Under the pieces are notes generated by a model. That model saw only the letters and a list, made by a program, of their open reading frames with translations. It had not been told where the DNA came from and searched no databases. Source: Antedon mediterranea (Eukaryota > Animalia > Echinodermata). From it: a stretch of DNA of 64,000 nucleotides. The stretch lies in contig NC_092675.1 in NCBI RefSeq assembly GCF_964355755.1, forward strand, positions 29,980,912 to 30,044,911, in the 5' to 3' direction. Of this stretch, positions 50,586-63,819 are shown piece after piece. The position numbers were made by a program, and so were the translations under genes. How positions within the stretch are numbered: position 1 is the first letter of the stretch; the number at the start of each line of letters is the position of its first letter.

Positions 50586-53500
50586 ATGAGCTCTGGGCCT
50601 TACATGAACCAAGGACCACCTGGTCCTGGTCAATATAATTATACCGCTCAAAATAACCAGCAGAATTCGTACTACAATAACGCCGGTCAATCAGTGGGAC
50701 CACCACAGCAGAAAACAGTGGCTGGAACTCAACACGGAGGACCCGGGTTTTACCAACCGGGTTTGCAGCCTAGGATGAATGGACCCTCATCACAAGGACC
50801 ACCACAGGGCCCAACTGGTCAACAATACGGCCAACCACCACCTCCTGGTCAACAACTAAATCAGAGTTCACCCTACGGAGGATATCAACAACCTTCAAGG
50901 TATGCAATGTAATGTCACAAACAAAATCTCTTTCCTTTAAATAATTAAAATTACGCTAAATTATACATAATCTATCATAACTAAATATAAATAATAATGA
51001 CAATATGCCAGGCCATATCATTTTTTCAATGTAATGTATACTATAATTCAAAACCATATTTTGTTATACGAAAGGTTTTGGTAATTAATTCATATTTTTA
51101 ATTCATCTTTTGACAGAGGGCCTCCACAACAAAACAGTCAACAACCACCACAGAGACTTCCTTACCAACCTACATCACAGACAAGCCTGCCGCCTTCATC
51201 AGGTGAAAACCAAATGACTACACAGATGGGTGGAATGAGTTTAGGTAGCAACCAACCAGGCATGGTATGATGATGTGATATTATTAGTTAACAATACAAT
51301 AATATTTTACTTTCCAGCAACATAATTAAAGAAACAAGATAATAAATTTGTTTATTATCACAAAAAGGAGTAAACCTTAATAATGGAACAGTAAATAAAG
51401 AAAAAATGAATTCTGAATGTTTGGTCTACCAGATTTCAGAGGCTCTCTGTATAATAACAATCTATATTTTAGGTTCAGACATAAAGAAAAAACTATTTTT
51501 ATATTTATATAAAATGTCATGCTTTTTATTTTGCAGATGGGTGGTCCCAGGATGCAGAATCCTGTGAGGCCCCAAGGGCCACCACCATCAAATATGGGCT
51601 ACTCACAAGGACTGCCAACATCTAATACAGTAGGACCACCACCCTCCTCACAAGCACCAGGAAGCATACACAGAATGGGTATGGCAAACAGTAGGCCTCC
51701 ACCAATGACAGGACAACCACCAACAAGTAATACACAGATGGGAATGTATAACAACCAGAGAACAAATGCTCCCATGGGCGCACCTCCTAACTCTATGATG
51801 GGTGCCCCTCCAAACTCTATGATGGGTGCCCCTCCAAACTCTATGATGGGTGCACCTCCCAACTCTATGGTGGGTGCACCTCCTACCTCTATGAGTGGCC
51901 CTCCAAATGCTATGATGGGTGCCCCTCCAAACTCTATGATGGGTGCCCCTCCCAACTCTATGATGGGTGCTCCTCCCAACTCTATGATGGGTGGAGCACC
52001 TGTGGGGCAACTTTATCAAGGTGGTCCTGCTACAGGTCAAACGCCTCCAATGTCACCTGTAGGTGGACCAGGAGCTAGGCCGCAATATGCTGGCATGCAG
52101 AACCCTGGAATGGGCCCTCCAATGGGACCTGGGATGCCACCAGGCCCTGGGATGCCACCAGGACCTGGGATGCCACCAGGACCTGGGATGCAACCAGGCC
52201 CTGGGATGCCACCAGGCCAAGGTATGGCGCAACAACCAGCACCAAGAAGGTTGGATCCTGATCAGATGCCAAGCCCAGTAAGTATTAACATTTTTTTAAG
52301 TTTGTAAACCCTAAATAGACCCATAAATAATTAGAGCATGGAGCACATTGTGATCTGAAATGTTTACGTTTGTTGCAAATATTAACCATACATTTTTATG
52401 TTATAGATTCAAGTAATAGAAGACGATAAAAAGAACCGAGGAAATGAGCAATTTATGACCAACTCCAGAGGTCTGGTTCCACCACTAGTAACTACACAAT
52501 TCCAAGTTATAGATCAAGGTATGACATCCTATAAATTGAACACAATATATTCTCACACAACCCCTTCAGCAAGTCAACCATATATAGTCAACTATAGTAA
52601 ACTTCGGCAAGGGTTCAAGCCTCACTCGCTCCATGGTTCTGGTGGTAGAACGAGTCTTCTCGGATAAGGACTATAAACCGTAGGTCCAGTGGCTCATCAT
52701 CACATCTAGCTCATGTGCGCTTTAAAGAACCTAGTACATCTTTCGAGACGAGTAGGGGGTTACCCCGGTGTACTAGTATGCTCACAGCCACTGTCGCACT
52801 CATAAAGAGGGTCCCTTTATTGTCAGCATACGCTATTTAGGGTCACCCTCTATAAATAAGAAAATTGAATGACTTTTGAATGTTTGATGTTACAGGTAAT
52901 GCTAGTCCAAGAATGATCAGGTCAACCATGTATAACTTACCATGTACTCAAGACATGATTAAACAGTCACAGCTTCCTATGGCCGTTGTGGCGTGTCCAT
53001 TTTCGGAGCTACCAGAAGGCGAGGTCAGTTTTTATTGCCTATGTTTTTGCCAAGAGAAAGCATGAAAATCTATAATGATAAAGATAGAAAGAAGTAGAGA
53101 GATGGTTAAAACAATGTAGAATTTCATTAAACCCTATGAGGAAAAAAAAATTTTTAAATAAAATTGTAGAAAGAATGTTAAAATGTATCTAGAAATTAAA
53201 AGTGAACTGTTTATTTTAAAAACCATTTTTGTTTTGTAAAACCATGAAAACACTAAAGGTAACATTATAATCGCAATTATTTCATTGTTCTCTTTCAGTT
53301 TCCTCCACCATTGGTTGATCATGGACCAAATGGACCAATCAGATGCAATCGTTGTAAAGCCTACATGTGTCCGTTTATGCAATTTGTTGATGGTGGTCGT
53401 CGGTTTCAATGTAACTTTTGCAATTGTGTCACAGAAGGTACTATTCAATTATCACTTTCCAATTAGTAATAAATAATTTGTTGCCCAGTCATAGGTGGAC

Positions 53501-56500
53501 AGCTTTTCTTCAGCCTAAACTGCCTACAATGATTCAAATCAACAATGATTCAAATCAACAATGATTCTGGCTACAATGCAAGATCTTGATTGGTCTCAGA
53601 CTCAAAGTCATACATTATTTAACATTTTCTTTTTAACTAGTAATCTGTAGATCATTTATAGGTTTGTTTCTTTCTCAAGTATTACTTGCCTGTATAAAAA
53701 AAATATTTTCAGATTGTACTAGTATAACGTGCAATATGTGAGAGTAGGCCAGGTATTATACTTGCCAATTAACTTCATTCATTCATTGTCAAAACTGAAA
53801 CACATTTTATTAATTACTTTTGAAATCGTAACACTTTTAATGTGCTTTTTTACACATTTTATGAATTATTGTAACTTTTAATGTACTTTTATTTGCACAG
53901 TACCTCCTGAGTATTTCCAACCGCTGGATCATATGAGAAAGCGAGTAGACATGTATGAAAGAGCGGAACTTTCGCTCGGTGCTTATGAATTTTTAGCTAC
54001 AACAGATTATTGTAAAGTAAGTAACAAAAGTCTTTTATACTCTTTCTGATGTAGCTTTTTGAAAATACAATCTATTCTTTTGGCCTAGTTATTGCCATTG
54101 GTTGCAACATTAGTTCAACTAAAATAGAACAATCCTGTGGCCTTTTGGATTTGGCTCGCGTAATAGTTTTTAATTGTTATTGTCTATACTATACAATTCT
54201 TGAAAAAAAAAATGATTTCGAGTAATAAATTAAGAAGAATAAATTAACTCCATTGTTCCGTTTTTTAAAAGTTTTTTTTTTGTTCATTTTGCAGAACAAT
54301 GAGTTTCCGAAACCACCTGCATTTATTTTTATGATTGATGTAACATATCAGAGTATAAAAACAGGAATGGTGGATCTCCTTTGTAAAGAGTTAAAAACGA
54401 TTCTTGATCAGTTACCAAGGTAGGCAAATAATTCAACTAATATTCAATAATTAATGTACTATTGCACGCCATGTGACCCACAATTGTCCAATCAAATAAC
54501 TGGAATTTATTTAGGTGTATAATATTCTATAATGTCTTGGTTATGCTGTATTCATTTTAAATAATGTTATTCATTCACAATTATTGTTGCTTTATGCAAA
54601 TGGGCAGCAGCTGTACTTTTGCTAGAAAGTCAATATTTTAAATATGCATAAGGAATACCAGTGTTGAAAAACAATGATTAATCTGAAAATTAATTCATTT
54701 TTTGTTATTCTAATTAAACTAATACTATGGTAATTCAGAAATATTTCAAAATAAATTATTTAATTATTATACTGTAGATATAATGTTTTACAGTTTTCAA
54801 TTGTTCTTTATTTTTTTATTTTTATTTATTTATTTTTTTTTTACACGTGTACACAAAGGATGTATATTAAGATCTGTGCTGTGCTTTTAGATATGTCCTT
54901 GAGTATAATACTTATTATGTGTCACATGACAGACTTTATTGGCCTATTTGTTACATGTCAATGATAATGATAGCAATAACAAACTGTATGAACTCATATT
55001 TCTTGGATTTCTTAAGTAAATCTTTTTAGAGAACCATCTTCAAATTTCACCTTTCTACTGTACCTTTTATTTCATTCTATTTTGCGAAACTGAACATTTT
55101 TCAGTGTTTATAAAAAAAAAGAAGAAATGTTGTCATTATTACATTCTCACTCCTGAGGACGATCAAAGCATATTGATTGAAACACCGAGAAACTCAACAG
55201 TTCTTTTCAGAACTAATATATGTGGTGTACCGCAAACTTATATCAACATTTATTATTATTAATTAATTTACTTTTCAGGGAACATGGGAATAAAGAATCG
55301 GCAATCCGTGTTGGTTTTGTAACATATAATAGTACGCTGCATTTTTATAACATCAACTCTGCTCTTGCTCAGCCTCAGATGTTAGTTGTGTCTGATGTTC
55401 ATGATGTATTTATGCCTTTGTTAGATGGTTTTCTTGTCAAAGTTTCAGATTCTAGGGCAGTCATTGATAGGTAAGCTTACACCAAGTTAAATCAGTCAAA
55501 TTAAATTTTATTCCCAAAAATGTTATGTAATGTATGATGTCATAAATAAATGCTCTATGCATTATGTATTTTATTGAAAACATCCCGCTTGTATGTGTTC
55601 TGGTAATTGGCTACCGAACTTGAGCTTAGACTGTCCTTTATCAGAGTTCTTTTAAAGGTCAACTCAGACAGCATCGTACGAGGATGCAGATGACATGTCT
55701 TGAACCATCGGTGCTGTAGTGCCTGAATTGAATCCTGACGAGACAAGTTGTCTTAAGATAGCGCCACGTCTAGTTTTTAGGTCGTCTGCAGAACTTTAAA
55801 CATGTTTCAATTTCTCCTGACGTACGATGCTCTCTGAGTTGGCCTTAAAAGACCCTATGCCAGTTGGCATACAGTAATGTGTACTATCCTCTCACTGTCA
55901 TTCCATTATAGTCTACTTGACCAAATCCCTGAGATGTTTGCAGATACAAGAGAAACAGAATCAATGCTAGGACCAGTTGTACAAGCAGGTTTAGAAGCCC
56001 TCAAGGTATTTAATTTGGAAACTATTTTAAATTATATGATACAATTAATTGTAATATATACAAATATTATAACTATTTTCTTAATCAAGTTTGATTTATT
56101 TAATATACATGTTATATTAAACTCCACACTATTAAACTAGTTTGACAACAAAAAATGTGGTAATATGACATCATCATGTCCTTTATGGACACATCACATA
56201 AAGTTTGATAGTGTAGACAGAGCTTTAGATATTTAGATGCTTTCCTTATGACTCATTATTTACACTAGTTCACCTTATCCAAAATGTTTGTAATATAGGC
56301 GGCAAATTGTGCAGGAAAGCTTTTTATATTTCACACATCTCTTCCAATTGCTGACGCCCCTGGAAAGTTGAAAAATAGAGATGATAGAAAACTACTGGGA
56401 ACGGAAAAAGAAAAGGTATGAACAAATTATTAAATTTGCATGTTTACTTTCAATTTCTTGAATCTCTGTATTTTTTTTTTAGGACATATTAAAAACTAAC

Positions 56501-59500
56501 TTACTAATGTATGCAAAACTCAATTTTTATTCTAGACATTGTTATCACCTCAGACCGGATTCTATACCAAACTTGGCCAAGACTGTGTGGCAGCTGGTTG
56601 CAGTGTAGATTTATTTTTATTTCCAAATGCTTACACGGACTTGGCAACCATTGGTCAAGTGTCCAGTCTGACGGGTGGCCAGTGCTATAAATACACATAC
56701 TTCCAGGTAAGGGTTTTATTTTCTCGTCTCAAAATTACATACAAACGAACATTAAGATTGCCATGTTGTCTACAATGCCACAGAACAACACTACTGATGT
56801 TAGATTAACATAATACTGTATTTCGATTATTAATAAATATTGATTTAATACATTTTGAATAATTTTTCCAAATCATGAAAGTTACTTACGTTTGCTATTT
56901 ATCAGGCTTCTGCTGAAGGCGAACGTTTCTTACAAGATCTCAACCGCAACGTAAAACGACCAATAGCTTTCGATGCTGTCATGCGTGTGCGGACAAGTAC
57001 CGGTATTCGTGCAACAGACTTTCATGGTAATTTTTTTATGTCAAACACAGTTGATGTTGAGTTGGCATCAATTGATTGTGATAAAGCTGTTACCTTTGAG
57101 ATCAAGCATGATGATAAATTGTCTGAGGAAAACGGCGCTTATATACAGGTAAACCTTTTAAATTTATGTAAAGTAATTAAGAATAAATTAAAAATTTAAA
57201 TATTTGTTTTGTTTTCAACTTGATTTTTGTTTCACAATTAGACACAAATATTCTGATTGTGAAAAATTACAAAGAATACAAACTATCTTTAGACCTGTTG
57301 TCTATTTTTGTTCCTTAAATCCAGGACTGACAATAGCATTGACCATTGCTTTGCCTTGGTCTATTTATTCAAATTACTTAATTTAATTTTAGATTAATAA
57401 TAATATATAAATGTACTATTACAGGTTGCAGTGTTATACACAAGTGTTAGTGGTCAACGTAGACTTCGAGTTCTCAATTTATCAATGAATTGTTGTTCAC
57501 AAATGGCAGACATGTATCGCAGCTGTGAAACAGATACTATTATCAACTTCTTATCCAAACATGGTTTGTGTTTTCATTGTTTCTAAGTGCCATAGAATAC
57601 ACTTTCCTGTTGTAAACGTTTCTATTTATAATTTTATTTTACTGTTAATTGTGACAGTATTCTGAATCTCAAAGGGCTCTTTATTTAATGAGATTTTTCC
57701 AAATGAAACATTAAATGAGTTGTAATTAAATAGCAAAGGCAAAATAAAATTAAATTTTGTCTAGATTCAAGGACCCAAATTAACCATTATATATTAATAA
57801 AAATTGTGATTAATAACTCAAATTAAAAGTGTGTTTATATTTTACTTTCCAGCAATGAAAGCTTCATTAACATCAAATCCCAAAGCCATTCGAGAGGGAT
57901 TAGTAAACCGTACCGCTCAGATACTGGCTTGCTATCGAAAGAACTGTGCTAACCAGTCATCTCAAGGACAGGTGGGTTTGTATGCAAATTAAGTGAATAA
58001 ATTTAAATAAAAGGTTCTATTGGTTAAGTTATTTATTTGTGGAAATAAATTGAATTGAAAAAAATCAAATTTTCTATTTTAGATAGAAAATCAAATATGC
58101 TATTTATAAAAAAAAATCAAATGTGTGTTCAGAATTGTTGGGAAATAATATAAAAATCAATTTAAAAAGTCCTAATTAGATATTAATAATTGTATTTACA
58201 GCTAATACTACCGGAGTGTATGAAACTATTGCCATTATACTGCAACTGTATTATAAAGAGTGACGCATTACAGGGAAGCTCTGAGATTATGACAGATGAT
58301 CGTAGCTGGTTAATGCAGGCTGTTATGTCAATGGATGTACCATCAAGTCATGTCTACTTCTATCCTAGATTGCTACCTTTGGTACGTACTTAGCAATCAT
58401 GTATCTACTGCAGTTACAGCAGTATAAACTACCTTTTTTAAAACTCTTAATGCCCATTTACACTAGGAATATAAAGATCGACGATAAATAGATACATTTT
58501 TCATACATAAAGCAAAAGATTTTTTATCCTGGAACTATAGGATAACCATCTATGCTTTCTTTAATGAAAATAATGGTTTCACATCCAATCAATTGACGTC
58601 ATGATTGATAAGAGCAATAATATTGTGACTATACACCAATTTTAATGTTTTTATTGATCATGACGTCATTTGATTGGATTAAAAAAAATATTATGCAATC
58701 TGAAAATAAAATTACAAACAAATGTAAGAGATCATGTTCAAATTGTTGTTTGCCACGGCAAAAATTATAACAAACTTCTATTTTAGAGTTTATAATTTGT
58801 GGAATTATTTCTTGTTTTAGCATGAACTAAACCCAGACTCCAATGTACTTCCGGTAGCAATCCGATGCTCAGCAGACCGTCTGAGTGACACCGGTGTATA
58901 CCTACTTGAGAATGGACTGTCCCTATTTATATGGATTGGTCTGCATGTTCCGCAAGACTGGGTTCAACAAGTGTTTGGCGTAAACTCTGCTGCTCAAATT
59001 AACATTGAATCGCAGAAGTTGTTACAAATAGATAACAAAATTTCTAACCAGGTGCGATGTATTGTTGATGACGTGAGGAAGAAAAGACCAAGATACATGA
59101 AGGTACGTAGTGACAACCTACAAGCACAATTACACAACATTAACAATGTTAGTGAATTCTGGAAGTGTAAAGCTCTGTCTACACTATCAAAAAATTGTGA
59201 TGTGTCCAAATATGGTAGTGATATGCTTAAATATGGTATTGATATGACATTATCATGTCCATATATGGGCACATCACATTGTTTTGTCACATAAAGTTTG
59301 ATAGTGTAGACAGAGCTTAACAGTGTGTTTATGACAAATATTTCTTAAATTAAATAAATGTATGTATTAGATTTATTTTCTATTTTCCACATAAATATCA
59401 ATACTGTTTTCTATTGCTTTTCACAGCTAACATTAGTTCGTCAACGAGATGCTCTGGAAGGCTGGTTCCGACATTTCTTAGTTGAAGATAAAGGGTCAAA

Positions 59501-59567
59501 TGCAACGGCTTCTTACGTTGACTTCCTCTGCCATATGCACAAGGAGATACGCAATTTATTGACCTAA
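50586..59567 (+). CDS. SEC24C: COPII coat subunit Sec24, C/D subfamily, ~1166 aa
   Basis: Phase-consistent GT-AG exons: 50586-50899, 51117-51264, 51537-52277, 52407-52518, 52896-53023, 53299-53437, 53901-54016, 54295-54419, 55279-55470, 55912-56005, 56299-56415, 56536-56706, 56906-57148, 57425-57563, 57853-57971, 58202-58381, 58821-59102, 59427-59567. P/Q/G-rich N-terminus, [17 protein letters not shown], zinc finger [18 protein letters not shown], trunk, beta-sandwich, helical and gelsolin-like domains, end [18 protein letters not shown]. Confidence 0.96.
52604..52860 (+). mobile_element. 5'-truncated Deu/Nin-domain SINE in a SEC24 intron
   Basis: Aligns by eye with ~19995-20165 (B-box and core). 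Confidence 0.85.
55144..55260 (+). ncRNA. Decayed minimal hammerhead ribozyme / Penelope-like pLTR relic
   Basis: CTC-CTGAGGA-C-GATCAA AGCATA TTGATT-GAAAC-ACC-GAG (55150-55189): core boxes, 6-bp stem II, stem I CTC/GAG; followed by a (TAT)n tail. Confidence 0.6.
55656..55845. mobile_element. Harbinger-like MITE family C
   Basis: TIR AGGTCAACTCAGACAGCATCGTACG / CGTACGATGCTCTCTGAGTTGGCCT; TAA on both sides. Confidence 0.8.
56133..56224. mobile_element. MITE family A (internally deleted)
   Basis: Core remnant and right TIR. Confidence 0.8.
59171..59317. mobile_element. MITE family A
   Basis: Complete TIRs with TAA TSD on both sides. Confidence 0.9.
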
Positions 59568-60015
59568 GACCTTTGACATATCATCATCTTCCCACAATCC
59601 AGTCTCTATTTTAGATATTTTGTTGGGAAATGTTAAATGGAAATATAACAAATATATTTTCAGATGTTTTAACTGCTTTATGTTCAACAATATGATGCTA
59701 ATATTTAGAATTGTACAGCAAGATTTATAATATATCTACCTGATTATACCTATTGTATTGATACTATTCTGCACGTAGGTAAATTCCATGATACAGCATC
59801 ACATGTGTGCCACATGAAAACTACTATAGGAACAATACCACTATTTACACCTTAACATTTTATGATAAAGCATTCACATGTGATGCATATCTGTCATGTA
59901 TCATGGAATTTGCCATGATACTGAAGTAATTATTCCATTTGTCTAGATACAGTTCATAGAATCAGGATATATAACACCTATTATTTACGATTTATTGTTG
60001 ATGGCCATGATTAAG

Positions 60016-60082
60016 GTTGTTTAACATCACTAAACACTAGTACCAATGTTGTTTAACATCACTAAACACTAGTACCAATGTT
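60016..60082. repeat. Tandem duplication, 2 x 32 bp
   Basis: GTTGTTTAACATCACTAAACACTAGTACCAAT twice. Confidence 0.9.
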
Positions 60083-60827
60083 CAAGATTACATTCGTTAC
60101 CATCTATCAGCGATTTCAATTTAATCACATTTTTTTCAAATTTTTGTGGAGTAAAAATTTGTTTTGGAAACTAAAAAAGGAAGCCTACCTTTATCATTAT
60201 TTTGAATAGGTGGCTTATCATTCAAATTGTGGTGTTTTATCATTCCTACCAATGACTTTGTCTTTACCTATTCCATTGACAAACATAGCAATATCATAGC
60301 AAATTATGGAAGAGAACAGTGAAATACACCTTAACTAATATCAGCTCTTCAATTAATTGTACTTGATTCAATATCAACAATACAATCTCACTCAAAGTAT
60401 AATTATTTTCTATTTAGTTTAGTTTATTTATTTTGAAATTAAAAAATGGAAACTGTACTGAAAATGTACTGTAAACATTTAAATTTACTATTTTTTATAT
60501 TAATATTTAATATCGTAATTGGTGGAAAGTAAAATAGTTAATTTAGATTTTTATCCAAAAAAGTGTGTATTCCACATAAGGTAGGAACTAAAGGATCGGA
60601 CACAGTACAAAAGTGCAAAAGTAAAATGAAGGCTAGGACCCCCCTGCCCCTGGGGGCTACTTAAGTAATATTACTACAATCAGATCTGATATCAATTAAA
60701 GTTAGAATTGCAAAAGACTCTAATTTACATACATTAATTGTATAGATCTATGTCCCTCATTGTGAGTTACTTAAACCATGGAGAAATATTATTATTATAT
60801 AATATATAATAATTTCACTATGCTTAA

Positions 60828-61432
60828 CACGTTCACTGCCAAGGCATTTTCCGTAATTTCTGTCCCAGTGCCAAGTCCCGTTTACATATTAAATTACAGT
60901 TTGAAAGTGTAACATCTGGTCACAGACTATCATGATGTCATTCAAAATACGATGGCGGGAAAAACCGTTGAGACGTATAAATACGTCACTGGCAATGGTC
61001 CAACAATTTTATTGACTTTGCCAGGAACGTAAATATACGTCGGGGATTTTCCGCGCTAAAATCGGTCAAACCTATCATCGAGAGATAAAAACAGTAAACC
61101 ACACTGAATCATTTCATCCTTTATTATTTTTATTTACTATTAGCGCAATTTATGACATGTTTGAGATGATTATATTGAGTGTGAGGGCGCCATCGTATCA
61201 ACCATATTCAATGCATGAGGGAATAAACACAAACAAACATATGACATTTATTTTTAGATTATCGTTTACGTACATCATTCATAAACTGCCATGCGATAAT
61301 TCCTGTTCCAATCACCACTGCCAGCGATTCTACATACAATACAAAAGTGCTACGATTTTGACGTAGTATTACGTCTTGGCAAGTAGCGACACGCAATTTT
61401 TGACGTATAAATACGCCGTGGCAGTGAACGTG
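60828..61432. mobile_element. piggyBac-like non-autonomous element (605 bp)
   Basis: TTAA TSD; TIR CACGTTCACTGCCA / TGGCAGTGAACGTG; internal GACGTATAAATACG repeats. Confidence 0.88.
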
Positions 61433-62214
61433 TTAAATCTTGTTTATTGTTTAAATAATGTTTCTTCTGTCTTTTCAAAAGTATTTAAAGTGAAGGGTAA
61501 ATTAATTTAGATATCAAACCACTTTATAGACCGTATGTGAAATACTAAACAGAAATTCTACATCACTAAAACTACATAAAACTGATGCCAACGTTATTGA
61601 AAATTACGTTATTACCCTAAATTTAATTTCAACATTGTTTAAGTAGTGAATGTCAGTTTTGTTGTCACCCAACTGTATTTAATGTTAAATCAATTTTACA
61701 ACGAAGGTAAGGTGAGCAAAATGCCAAAGTTATTACAGAGCTAAATATCTTATTTTTAAATGTAGAACTGATACTGAATAAGTATATAAATAAGTATAAT
61801 AGTACTAATAACTGATAAGAGCATGACAATTCTATTGTAATGTGATTATTGCTTTTGAATTTGCATGTTTTCAGTGATTTTTGTTACTTAGTTCTAGCAG
61901 AGAATGTGTGTATATACAGTATATAAGTCAACCTAAACCTATTATAGATATTCTGTTTTTACTTAAAAAATATAAGAAATTATATGAAAAGCTTATTGAA
62001 AAATGTTATGGCTTGGCTAAATTATGAGACAATACCGTTTCAGGAATAATGATAAATACCGATTAAATTTGGAAAGAAAAACTATTTTTACTGCTTCTTG
62101 CCGTTCATCATTTTATCATGGCAATTTTTATCCATGCTTACAGTATCAATATTTTTGTAGAGCGGACAAAATAAGTACGAACTACTTTTTTGTCCACGGT
62201 ACTACACTCTCTAA

Positions 62215-62328
62215 AGCTCTGTCTACACTATCAAACTTTATGTGATGTACATAATAGACATGATGACGTCATATCACTACCATATTTGGACAGACATTTT
62301 TTTTTTGTCAAATTTGATAGTGTAGACA
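62215..62328. mobile_element. MITE family A
   Basis: TIRs and core. Confidence 0.85.
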
Positions 62329-62519
62329 ACATAACTCTAGTTTCATTGATGTACTTTTAAATTAAAAGAATGCACATTCCACTGATGTGTCAGTTAGTGG
62401 ACAGTGTAATACTGTGGTTTCCTGAATGGAGGTTAATTCATTTGGAATACAAATCAATTAAACACGCACATGATGCAAGTCATTAAAAAAAAAATACAAA
62501 TCTTGATGAAACCAATTTT

Positions 62520-62734
62520 ATAGACAGCGCCACCAATAGAGTAATTCATTATTGTTGCTAGGATGCGTAATAACAATCTGAGCGTGAAATAAGTTTTGTT
62601 TTGCTGCTGCTGTGTGGTGTTGTTGTTGTGAACAGATTGAAGGCCTATAAGATTAAGAATAAGATTACTAATAATACTGTGTATGCATTGAAAACTAGCT
62701 TTAAATATAGTAGGTCTATCTGGTGCACGTTAAA
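62520..62734 (+). promoter_or_regulatory. Promoter and non-coding first exon of the EF-hand gene, with RFX X-box-like site
   Basis: GTTGCTAGGATGC at 62554; CCAAT at ~62533; donor AAA|GTGAGT at 62734. Confidence 0.5.
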
Positions 62735-63112
62735 GTGAGTATACTTGTTTTGTAACGTTTATATAGGCCTATATCGCGCATAGTACAGTGATGTGCTCTC
62801 CGGCCAGTTTCAGACTGGTTTTGTTGTTGGGACCCACCAACAGCAAACGGGTTGGATTTTCCACATGTTAGTAATAAATTAGGCTTGCGCCTAGCCGGCC
62901 CATAGGCGGCTAGGCCTTGGCCCTAGTCTTGTTTATATTTTACATTTCATTTGGTATGAATAATACTAAAATATCGGCCCCTAAAATATATAAATTAAAT
63001 TATTTAATTAAATCCTGTTTTCTTTAAATATAGGCTCCTGAGTCCTATTAATATTATTATACTCATTTTTATTTAGTTTTAACAACACCTTTGTTTTTCA
63101 GAGAAAGGCATC

Positions 63113-63819
63113 ATGCCAATGAAGGACCAGGCAAGTTTAATTGAAGACCGAATAAGAACGGCTGTCCTGTCTAAAAGAGTTCGGGTTTCTGAGTTCTTTA
63201 AAGACTATGATAGGCTACGATCAGGATACGTAACACGTACGTTTATGCAGTAACATTTTGGCAAACAGTTTACTATGATATGATCATCCATTTTCTTTAA
63301 CAGTCATCAATTTTCATTCATGTTGACTTATTTTTGGTTGCAGGAACAAGATTTACAAGATGTTTGGATCAAAGCTTTGGTATCATTTTAGCTCCTGAAG
63401 ATGAGAATTGCTTACTCAGCAAGTATAACGACAAAAATGATGGAATGATAAATTATCATAGCTTTGCAAATAACATTGAACAAGGTACTGTTAACTAATT
63501 GCATCACCATTATGTTTCCATGAATAGTTTTATTTATTTATACAACTTTCAAACATAAAGATACAAAAAGATTCATAAAGTTAAAATTCTCAAACAGATA
63601 AAAATGTACAAAAATAAATAGAAACATTTTAAAATTCATTAAAAAGGAAAACATTATATAAAAGGACATATAGGTACCAAATATTGCTTATATATAATAA
63701 GTATATTATAATGAGCATTTTATCTATTTAATTTTCTTTTGTTATTCAATTCTTTTAGTTTTTAACCCTCAAGCTATGACTACTGATCCAAGGTACCAAA
63801 CAGTTGAGCCTGATGAATA
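63113..63819 (+). CDS. Multi-EF-hand protein (FAP115/EFCAB6-like repeat type), 5' part; continues beyond the window
   Basis: Exons 63113-63236, 63344-63484, 63759-63819 join in phase: MPMKDQASLIEDRIRTAVLSKRVRVSEFFKDYDRLRSGYVTRTRFTRCL..KYNDKNDGMINYHSFANNIEQVFNP; two EF-hand-like loops. Confidence 0.82.

Noticed and set aside
51599-52281. Antisense and alternative-frame ORFs over SEC24 exon 3
   Set aside because: Shadows of the repetitive Pro/Gly coding sequence.
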